Shown here piece after piece: positions 27,825 to 39,550 of a DNA stretch of 64,000 bases (positions are counted from its first letter, which is position 1; every line of letters starts with the position of its first letter). The stretch lies in assembly GCF_009914755.1 (NCBI RefSeq), contig NC_060935.1; one strand, 5' to 3'. Below the pieces are notes generated by a model. It saw only the letters and a program-made list of their open reading frames with translations, was not told the DNA's origin and did no database searches. The stretch is from the human T2T-CHM13v2.0 reference genome, Homo sapiens. The translations under genes were made by a program, and so were the position numbers.

Positions 27825-28124
27825 TTTTTTTTTTTTTTTTGAGGCAGGGTCTCACTCTCTCAACCAGGCTAGGGTGCAGTGGGTCAATCATGGCTCACTG
27901 CAGCCTTGACTTCCTGGACTCAAGCAATCCCTCCCACCTCAACTTCCCAATGAGCTGGGACCACAGGCATGCGCCATCATGCCTGGCTAATTTTTTTTAC
28001 TTTTAGTAGAGGCAAAGTCTCACTATGTTGCCCAGGCTGGTCTTGAACTCCTGAGCTCAAGTAATCTTCCCGCCTTGGCCTCCCAAAGTGCTGGGATGAT
28101 GGACATGAGCCACCGCACCCAGCC
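27825..28124 (-). mobile_element. Alu (AluJ-like)
   Basis: T16 then reverse dimer; tail-to-tail with the preceding Alu. Confidence 0.92.
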
Positions 28125-30819
28125 TACTGCTGAGATTAAGTGAAAGCATGCCAAGAGGGCTTGGCACACAGTAAGTGCTCAAGAAATGTTACCTCCTCCC
28201 CTCATGACTGAGATGCTAAGGTTTTATGATTCTAAGATTCTTGGCTGCTGGGCACCTCTTTCCAGCCGTGAAGCAGAAGACAAAGCTCTAGACAGGAAGG
28301 CAGGTTGGGGCCTGGCTACAGTACCCACATAGTCAGTGGCTCCGAGCCTGGTTCTCTGGAGGTGGGGAGGAGGGAGAAACCGGGGCTGGAGGCTGAGCCA
28401 CATGCCCACTGTCCTTGCTCCACTCACCAGCTCTTCTCCTTTTGTTACCACCAGCCCCACCCTGGGACATGTCCAGGATAGCTCAGCCCACACGGGGAGG
28501 AGAGCAGAGGCAAAGCCCTCTCTGCATCAAAGCTGCCCCTCACTGGAAGCGGCCTGTGAAGTGGGGCTCAGTGAGTCTGAGTGTCTGTATGCCTGGTGGG
28601 CTTTGGGTTCAGACTGATAAGGGTTAAAATCACAACTGACTCTGACCCCTTGCCGGGTGATATTAACAAGTCATTGGATCCCAACTCTGAGCCTTAGTTT
28701 ACTGCTCTGTAAAATGGGGGCACTAAGGCGTTATTATGAGGGCCAAAGAGAGAATGCTTGTGGAGCGCTCAGCCCTGGGCGCTGGCTCCAGACAGCTCTC
28801 AGAAATGTGGCCACTTAGTGTATGCTTTTGAGATTGTCATTCTCAGAGTCTAGAATCCTGTGGTTTCAAGATGAAGGATTCTGGGTTCTTTTCCAAGAGT
28901 CCAGACCTCTTTTTTATTTGTGATTTTGAGATTGTGACTTCTTGGTTCTGACATCCTGTGATCCTGAGACTCTGGGGTCTGGAGAGGTGCAGCAGGTCGG
29001 GGGCCAGTGGGAAGGCAGTGGGGGCAGTGTGATGGAGGGGCCAGCCGAGGGAGCAAGCACAAGGTTGGTGTCTGTTTCCTGTTTATTGGTTCCCAGGGGG
29101 TGAGCAGGCCCTGCTCCCGCACAGCGCTGTGGAGCAGGAAGCGGGGAGGCAGAGTTCCTGGCTGCCAGCCAGCCCCACAGCCGGGCCTCCAGGGACTGCT
29201 GGGACCCCACTCCCCAACCTCCTGGACAAACATTCAGTCCTTTCCCAGGACAGGGCACTGGAGGTTAAGGAGCAGATGTGGAAGGGAAGGGGTGGATAGA
29301 TGGGGAGGGACGCCTTCCCCCAATAAAGGTCCCGATAGCTCCATCTTTCTTAGCTGCCTGAATCACTGAGGTCTCACTCTGGGTTTCTTGGTATCCCCCG
29401 CCTTTCCCTGTCTCCCTGGGATGGGGCCTGGTGATGAGATGTCCAACTTCTGGGCAGGCCAGAAGGGCAGGAGGAGGAAGAAAAGGGCCAGGGCCTTTAA
29501 TGCCAGAACTGTCTACCTGGAAAGACTCTTAGAAACCAGCCATGTTTTCTAGCCTTCCTCACCCCTGCATCATTCAGATGGGGAAGCTGAGGCCCAGCAA
29601 GGGGCCTTGCCCAAGGCCACACAGTAGTGGACTAGAGCCAGAAATCCCCCCCATGCATCTCACCATTGCTCCAGCCTCACACTGTAAGGGGTCACTGAGA
29701 GTTCTTGAGAAGTGCAGTGACGTGGTTCACCTGGCATTTTAGGGAACTTGTCTGAGCCAGGGCAGGAAAGGGAAGCCCCTGTATGTGTCTGAGGCCAAGA
29801 GGGGCAGGGAGGTCTCAGTTTGACCAGAGCACCTGGGGAGAGGCTCTGTGTGGGCAGGAACCAGGTTGAAAGCCTCAAGTGCCGAGTTAAATGGCCTGAG
29901 CAGAGGGGCTCCCCTCTGCCAGCTCCCCTCTCCCTTTCTGGGAGAGGAAGGGCTGGGAGCACTGCCAGCTTTGCACATCACAGTATCCTCTGGTTGTGAG
30001 GTGATGATCTGACATGAGGGTGCGGGAACATGAGTAGCCTGAGCTTAGGTAGCAGAGGATGTGGAGCTGGCGAGGGGAGAACTGACTGGGAAGACAATTT
30101 GGAGGCAGAATCTGGGAATTCGAATTTAGGTTCAGGGGTTATATCAGAAACAGGGTTGGGGGAGCGGGACTCACTTCTTGTCTCGGCAGAAATTTCCTCT
30201 GCATTCTGAAAGAGTGAGGTGGCTGTGAGCCCTGCCTCTGTGCCCAGCAAGCCTCCTGTCTGACCTCAAACCCTCTGCTCCAGTGGAAGTGCCCTGCCTC
30301 TCAGGGGGGTCCCTGAAGAGCCCCAGAGCTCCAGGCCACACCTGCAGTCTGGCCCTCCTGGGAGAGGCCTAATGGAGGGAGCATGGAAGGGAATGAAAGA
30401 GCAGGCTTGGGCTGCCTTGCTGGCTCTAACCTAAGACAAGTCCCTCTGCCTTGGTTTCCCCATCTGTGAAGTGGGAGTCCTCCAGAGTCCAGCAGAGCTC
30501 TAGAATATGCAGGCTTTTGGGAACTGAGGGAGAGGGACTGGTAGGTCCACAGGCAGGCATCCTTGCCAGCAGCCCTCGTGGTGGGTCCTGTAGTCAGAGA
30601 CAAAGAACCTTGTGATATTTGTACCCTAGATCCTGAGACCAGTGCTATTCTGTGGCCCCGCAGCCCTGGAGGCCTTCCTGAAGAAGAGGAGAGCCGCGCT
30701 TTAGGGAGAGGAGTGCCTCACACTGGGGGCCTGAGCGGAAAGCCTGCTTCCCTGTCAGATGCCTGAGCGCCCTCCCAGCTCCTGCCGCTCCTGGGCCCCT
30801 CCTCCCCTCTGGCCTGGAC

Positions 30820-30925
30820 CCGCCACTTCCAGGCTTCTCCCCAAGGCCAGCGGGGGCGTTGCCTGGGGCGGGTGAGGAATTTCCGAGGGAATGGCTAAAT
30901 TCAGCCCCAGCTAAAAATAGTCCCG
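30820..30925. promoter_or_regulatory. Candidate intronic enhancer (MEF2, TEAD, ETS, GC box)
   Basis: CTAAAAATAG 30911-30920, GGAATG 30888-30893, GGGGCGGG 30865-30872, CACTTCC near 30824, local CpG enrichment. Confidence 0.5.
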
Positions 30926-32069
30926 GGCCTGGCCCCAAGGCTGGTGGAGGAATAGGAGAAGGGTGGGCCCGGCCTGCCCCATCTCATCACCTGGACGTGG
31001 TGCCTGGGCAGTGGAGGGTCTCTGCTGGTCCCCTGGGCATCTGTGTCTTTGTTCCAGCCACTCGCACCAGGACTTCCTCTCATGGAGGCTCCCTGCTTTC
31101 TTCTCTCCTTCTGTCCTCTGTCCTTCTCCCTGTTCTCCTCCCTGGGTCTTGCTCCTCTTCCTGTCTCTCATCTCCTCTGACCATCTGTGTCACCCTGCCT
31201 CCCTTTAGAGAGCCAGACAGAGACCCCTGGCCAGGGACTGGTCTTAGGAAAACGGCCGTGTAGGGCAGAGTCCCCCTCAGCTTCCCAGCCCAGGTGTCAG
31301 GAACCGCCTCTGTCCCAGGATACACAGTGATTGCAGCTCCTCTCTGCTTCGGAGGTAACAGACCTCTAAGGCTCTGGGATGTGGAGATGTGGGTGGGAGC
31401 CCCCAGTTTGCCCCGTGACCCAATGCTTGATTCTGGTCGGGTGGATCCACCCATGCCAAGCCCTCCTGTTCCTGGCACGAGGTGGAGCCTGGGTACACGT
31501 TTATTAAATAAATAATGTGGGGGAGGCAGGAGGAGGACAGCTGAGCCCTGCCCTGGGGGAGCGCCCAGGCTCCTCTCAGCTCCCCTTACCACCCATGCCT
31601 ATGCCTAGCCCTATGTTGCTGCTGTCCTGGGGACCAGGCAGGTGGAAGCTGGCAGATGGGCAAAGGGTGCCGTCCCGAGTCGGCACTGATTGGGGGTGGG
31701 ATGGGAAGCAGACACAGGCCCAGAGAAGGTGAGGGTGCTTAGCTCAGGTCACAGAGCCCAGAAAGAGAGAGGTGGTATTCAAACCAGGATAGTCTCACTG
31801 GGTTGGAGTTCAGACCCAGATGGTCTGGCTCCAGAACCCGTGCTTAGGCCCCTGGCTTTCAGGACTGCCTGAGTTGGGGGCAGTGCCATCATCAAGGTGG
31901 GCACAGAAAGAAAGGGTGGATTTTGCTTTGGACATAGTGATCCTACTGGATTCACAGTCCATGGTCTGAGTCCCAGGAACCAGCACATAGTAGTTGCTCA
32001 GTAAATATTAGTTGAATGGCTCAGTTGCACTTGAGAGGCCCTTGGGGAGTGGGAGGAGGTGACAGGCAC

Positions 32070-32340
32070 AGAAGGAATGAGTGTTTCCTCCCTTTATGGG
32101 CCCAGGGACCCTTCTCTTGGTGCTGGAAAGCAGCTGAGGTGGGTGCTGGGCTTTCTGCTGGCGGAGAGAACTCAGCCCAGGAGTTTGGGAAGGTGGAGAG
32201 ATGGGCCACGGGCAGGTGAAGGGGAGACAGGCAGGCCAGGCAGTGCAGTGCAGTCCCGTTTGCAGTATCTGGAAAGCAGATCTCTTGGGCCATGGCCGGC
32301 GTGACTCAAATGGAGACAAAAAAACCTTCCATATTTGGAC
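32070..32340. promoter_or_regulatory. Candidate intronic enhancer (CArG, AP-1, TEAD)
   Basis: CCATATTTGG 32329-32338, TGACTCA 32302-32308, GGAATG 32074-32079. Confidence 0.45.
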
Positions 32341-33600
32341 AAAGAGCCCAGAGAGGCCCAGACCCGCAGCCAGCCCAAACCTCCCCCACCCCCAGCCTCC
32401 TGCCCTGTCTCCCTCTGGGCCCCTAGCCCTGAGTCCTGTCCCATGAGTTGAACTCTTGGGCCTCAGTCATCAGGTCGCTTCCTGTGTGGCCAGGCCTGGG
32501 CTGTGGGTGCTGGGGAAGAAATTTCGTTCCAGGGCTGGGCCCTGTGCTTGGGCTGGAGATGTAGAGAGGAGCCCTGCTGGAGCCTGCGGGCTGGAGGGGA
32601 GCACACTGAAACCAACAGTTCCCACACTGTGGGGTAAGCTGACAGCAAACCCCCACCCATCTCAACACAGGCAAAGCTTGAGGAGCATCGCATATAGGCA
32701 TTGTACACACACACTCTCTCTCTCTCTCTCACTTTCTCACTTTTCAATCCCCAGCAGATTTCCATACCCACAAAGACATCTGTACAGATATCAGGAGTGA
32801 GGACCGAGCCTGAGACCTTCCCTGGAGCAAGCTTTGATGACAGCAAAGTTGGAGTAGATTGGGGCAGCCAGATGTCAACAAGTAACATAAACAGGCATTA
32901 TCCATCTGGAGAGATGTGAACAGAGCAATTTGCTCCTGTACCACCCTCTGAGTGTCCAGCAAGGGGCGGGGCTGGGCAGTGGATGCCAGAGCCTGGTGAG
33001 TGGGGAGAGGGCCTAGGCCGCTTCCTGCCTGGGAGCAGACCTTGCTCCCATGGGACAGCCCAGCCATTTGACTGAGAACCGGGGTGTTCACTGTCATTGG
33101 TGGATTGACTGAGCCCTGACTGCACAGATGCTTCTACCTTTTCTAACTAGTCTTGGATAATTAACGCTGAAATAAGCTCTGAGTGGCGGGTTGGGGGAAC
33201 CCAGGGGAACCTTTAAAATTCAATTGCACTGTGGCCCACTGGTGCCTGTATGTGCAGGGTTAGCATGGGGGCCGCAGGGTGAAGGAGAAGGGGTTCCTGA
33301 CCCAAGAAGCCCCATCTGAGAACTGGGGGTCGAAGGAGGCCAAGAAGGGTGAGGGCAGGGAAGGCTAACTTAGGGCAGTGGCTGGAATCTTGAAGGACTA
33401 GCCAGACCTTGACAGGCAGAAATGAGCCAAGGCCCTTCAGGGAGAGAGAACTGCAAAGGTAGAGGCCTGTGATGGAGAAGCCCTGGTGTGTCTGGGGTAC
33501 CATGAAAGCTCCCTGGTTCTGGAGAGGTCAGGTGGGCCCCGGGAGTTCCTAAAGGCCAGGCCTAAAAGCCTGGACTTGATCCCAGAGTGGTAATTTCCAA

Positions 33601-33922
<322 letters not shown>

Positions 33923-36335
33923 AGTGGAACCTTTTCTTCTAGAGGAATCTTGACACAGAAGTATAAAGCAGGCTGATCTCATTGATTTAAGTGAAAGTAG
34001 GGTCATGTCTGCCCCCTGGACCACATCTCACGCCATGTATTTCCATGGAGCTTTCAGGACTCAGTCAGGAAATCTCTGTTGTGGAAAGAGGGAAGCCCTC
34101 CCTGATGGGAGGCGTTAGAGTGAGACAAGCCTCTCCCTTCAGTGTCTCTGCAGGCTCAGAAGGGCAACCAGCCAGGCTCCCTGGGCAGGGGTAAACTCTG
34201 TTGGGGGCCAGGTCTCCAGACGCAGCCAGGATGATGGAGCATACCACCCATCCTTGGTGCTCCTATGAGCAGGCAGCACCTCCCACCCGGGGCCTGGAGC
34301 TGGCTGGGCCCCACTTGATCAGAAGGACAAACTGTTGGAGTGGTGGGAAAATCCTGCCTGCCCCCTGCTGACACCTGGAAGGACACAGGCCCTTTGAGGG
34401 AGGTAGGAGCTGGCAACCAGCTACGCTCCCAGAATGTGCACCCTGTCTCAGCCCAGCTCAGTCACACTGACAGTGGACAGGCAGGAGCACATTCTCTAGA
34501 GGTCCAGGAATCGTCCTGACTCCTGTAGGATGAGTGAATTAGGTTAGAATCAGGAAGGAATTCCCCAGAGTTTGTAGTGTGTAAAAGGAAGAGTATGAAC
34601 AAGTGTTGGCAGGAGAAAGACTGAGCTCTGAGGCTGGCAGGTCTGAGGCCCTTCAGGACCTAGGCCTTGCCCCGCTTAGTAGACCAGCCTGCCTGGTCCA
34701 CCATACAGCCTAAGCTCCCACTTCTTTGGCCACGAAAAATGTAGAATGAGTAGGAAGTTGCCAAACATAGACATAGGAAGCCACACCTGGCAGAGAGACC
34801 AGCATGTGCAAAGGGCCCAGGGTGTAACAATGCGATGGGTTGGAGGAACTACTGTGGCCAGAACATGATGCAGCCAGACCGTGGTAAAGGTGGGGAAATT
34901 TGATGCTGGTGAGTCAGCAAGGGCCAGGTCATTGAGACTCTCGGGGGACAAGTACTTGATCTTACATTCAGCTGGGTTAGTGTAATGGTTAGAACAGACT
35001 GAAGCCAGATGGCTTTCTTCAAATCCTGCTCTTCCTCTTAGTTTTGTGGATAGTCCTGGGTAATTATTCATTGGAAAAGCTGAGTACTCACGTGTTAGTA
35101 CTTAGTCCCTCTGTGGCTCAGTTTATGTACCTGTAAAATGGGGATGATGATGATGGCACCTATTATAGGGTTATGGTGAGAATTTGATGTGATTATGTCT
35201 GTGGTGGCTGGGCTGGACCACAGACCACTGGGGATCAGTGGGAAGCCGTAAAACAAGTTGGAAGGGAGGGAGGGAAGTGACCTAGCTGGCTGAGGAAGAG
35301 CCCCAGGGATGGAGAGAAGAGGATGGGGTCACTGAGAGTAGCCCAGGTAATCCTCTTTGGTAGGGGGATGAGCTGAGCTCCCTGAGGGAGGCTTGGAGTT
35401 CCCCACGGGCAGCTGTCCAAAGGAAAAGAGTGGGGCTATGCAGGAGGGATGGGACTCTGCAGGCTGGGGGCTCTGCCGGAGTTTTGCTAGCAGAAATCCC
35501 CACCTTGCTTTAAAGTTGCCCATCACTGACTCTGGAGCAGCTGGTCTGTGTTCCTTGCCATACAGATGGGGGCCCAGAGAGGGGCAGGGTTGCCAGAGTC
35601 ACCCAGTGACTTCTGACCCCAGGACCTTCCTCCAGGCTGGGGACTCACTTTGAAGCTCAAAGCCCAGCCCTGAGGTCGCTCTACCCAAGGCAGGGGTTGA
35701 GCGTTTGGCTTGAAGGAGGAATTGGACAGTTCTACCCCAGTCTGAATGTGATTTGGGCAGGGAGGGCTTCCTGGAGGAACACCACATGTGAGACTGGAAC
35801 TGTCCCAGAGGAGACCAATGTGGAAACAGAAGAGGGAAAGCAAAGACAAAGGCTCCAAACTTGGGGCTCCAAGGCAGTGCCCCCTGTTCTCTGGTGCAGT
35901 CTTCATTCAGTGGGAACCTCGTCCTCTGTATGTAGGCTGGGAACACAGGTGGTGCCCCAGCTATGAGGAGGCACAGACTGAGACAGGAACATCAGGCCTG
36001 TGTCACCAGGGCAGGGTCCGGGCTGGGGCAGAGATACTCCGAGGCCAGGGGAGCCCAGAAGGTCTAGGAGAGAGAGTCATGGAGGGAGCCTAGAGAGGCA
36101 GGATGGAGAAGGAAGAAGAGGGGTGCAAAGGCTGTTCAGAGATGAGACGTGAGGCTGGAGTGGGCAGCAGGGGCCTGATTGCAAGGTGAATTTTTTAAAT
36201 TAAATTTATATATTTAATATTTTGAATAGATGATATATTCACATGGTTAGGAAAAATCCAAAAGGATAAAAAGTCTCCTTCCCACCTGGCTGCCTATTTC
36301 CTACCCTGCCTGACCCCAGGCCACCCAGCTAGTAG

Positions 36336-36920
<585 letters not shown>

Positions 36921-39492
36921 TAGGTTTTTTCAGTCTTTTGCTGTTACAAACTGCTGCAGTGAACAAGCTTGTTTGTAGGTCATTTCTTAGGAGTGCTAGG
37001 ATACAGGGTAAATGTGATTCTCATTTTGCTGCTGTCCATGGGGGTCTGCCATCAGCAGTAGGTTAGAGGCCCATTTCCCCACAATCTCACCAACTCAGAC
37101 CTTTGGGTATCTTCCCAATCTGATAGGTCTCAGTGTATTTTAATTTGTATTTATCTTATAATGAGTAAGGTTGAGCATCTTTTTCTATCTCCAAGAGACA
37201 TATGGATTCCCGTTTCTGTGAATGCTTCATATCCTTTGTCTATTTTTCTGTTGGGTTGTTGGCCTTTTGTTTTTATCAGTTTCTAGGAACCTTTTAAATA
37301 TTAGGGAAGTTAGTTCTTTGTCTGGCATATGAGTTGCAAATATTTTTTTCCTGATTTGTCACTTGACTTTTGACTTTGTTTATATTTTTACTATGCAGAA
37401 GGTTTTGTTGTTATGTGTTCTACTTTATCAAGCTTTTATTTTATTGCTTCTGGATTTGGAGTCATAGTTAGAAAGGCCTTTCCCACTCCAAGATTATAAA
37501 GTAATTCTCTCATATTTTTTCTCTGCTATTTTCAGTTTTCTTGTTTTATTTTACATTTAATTCCTTGATCGGTTTGGAATTTATCCTGGTGTGTAGTATG
37601 AGTTATGACTGCAACTCTTTTTTTTCTGGATGGTTGGTTTTAAGGTGAGGAATGACTTGGTCAGAATCTTTCTAGGGTGGGTGTGAAGGTCAGCTGAGGG
37701 GATCGAGGCTGTGGCTGTGGAGGGGCAGGGGCAGAGGGATGAACAGAAGGGCCTGGAGTGGCACCAGATAACTTGCTGGGCCCTGGAAGGTGGCATAACA
37801 TTCCCAAATTCCTTGTCTGTACTGTGTGACTTTGGGCAAGCCCCATCCCCTCTCTGGGCCTAGATTATCATAGCTGGAAGAGGCCCTGGACATCGCCCTG
37901 GCTGTCCTGGAGGTGGAGGCAGAGAGTAAGACTGTGGAGCTAGCGCCCACTCAGGCTTGGCCCAAGAAGATGGAGGGCTGGCAGCAGAATTCACTGTGTT
38001 CCTGGAGTGGGCAGGCAGGAAGGAGGAGAGGGGCAGGCACCCATTTAAAAATGCCCACTGCAGCCTGGCACAGCAGGTGGGGGTGGGGGCAGGCCCTCTG
38101 CCAGCCCTCTGGATCCAGGAAGGCCAGGGGTTTCTAGGGGTGGGCACATTACCTGCTGTCTCAGCACTGTGGGCCCAGCTATTACCATTCTTGGGGATCC
38201 TCTTCTCCCTACCGTGAGGCAGGCACCCTTGTCCTCTCCTTTAGAAAAATAGAGAAGCCAGAGTGGACAGACCACATCCCCCAGAACCTAGTCCTGCCAC
38301 TACCCTGGACTTGCTGTGTGACCTTGGATTGAGTCCCTGTTCCCTGGGGTCCCTATCCATCAAAGGGAGCACTGGCCTTGTCCTGGCTGTGTCCCATACC
38401 CCTAGCCCTTACCCATGTCTCGATTTGGATTAGAGGTAGAGAGATCTTAAGGCCCATGCCTCTCTCTCCCTCTTTTACAGATGGGGAAACTGAGGCCATG
38501 GAGGGGACCCTGGACCCCTGCCCTGCATTGCTCTTCTTGGCTTTCCTGGGCCCCTGGACCTTCCTCCCTGGCCCCAGCGTAGCCTATACCACCTCCCCTC
38601 CCCCACTCCTGGGCCCCAGTGGTCAAATTCCAGGGCTGTCATTGCCATGGCAACAGCCAGTTCACAGGGCCCCTCCTCTGGGGTTCTCCACCAGTCCTGT
38701 TGTCCAGGGAGGAGGCAGAAAGGGCCTCCCACCCCTGGGGGCCTGGAGGGTTGGGCGAGGGGGAGTGGGGGGGTGCGGGGGGAGGAGGTCAGACTCAGCT
38801 GGCTTCTCATTTGTTTTCCAAAGGAGAAAATGGAAAAGGCACAAAGTGCTGCCAACAAATGCTACTCTGTTGTCCTGGAGAGAGAGAGGGATAGAGGTGG
38901 TCACCTGGGCTGGGGACAAGAGAGCCACCTGGAAAACCTCTCCCAGCTCTCACCTGGAGAATCACCCCACAGAAGCATCAGAGCCCAAAGGATTTTTGAA
39001 TGGGAGGTGGAGGAAATTTCTTCCTGAGGTGACTGCTGTCCATTTCTAAGGCCACCCAGAGACTGAGGGGTCCAGCCCAGCATGGCTTTTTCTCAAGCAG
39101 ACATGCCCATAGTGAAAGGAGCTACCATGGCCCCATGGGAGGGGGAGCTTGTCAGCCCTGCGGATATGCCAGCGAGGGCTGCCAGGGAGGCCTGCCATGG
39201 AAGGAGGGTGCTTAAGCCAACCACTGACCCCTGAGGGGACCTGCCCTCTGAGATTCTGGTTATTCATAACAGCCAATATTTGTTGAACTCATGCTTTGTT
39301 CTGGGCACTGTGGGAAGTAAGCCCTCTATATTCTCTACTTTATAGATGGGGAAACTGAGGCACAGATGTGGTCTTCTGGAGGTCGGGAAGCCATCAGTGG
39401 AGAGTGGTCTCTGGCTCTACCCCTCTACCCACCTTTGTCCAGGGCCCCTGCCCACTGTTAATGTTCTGGTATATTTCCCTCCAGGCTTTTTC

Positions 39493-39495
<3 letters not shown>

Positions 39496-39547
<52 letters not shown>
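39496..39547. repeat. (GT)n microsatellite, about 26 units
   Basis: Uninterrupted GT run. Confidence 0.97.

Positions 39548-39550
<3 letters not shown>

Noticed and set aside
38800-39030. Strong-looking acceptor (ttctcatttgttttccaaAG, 38823) with an open frame EKMEKAQ…
   Set aside because: Only weak donors follow and the frame stops at 39027; no positive evidence for an exon, though it could be a cryptic one
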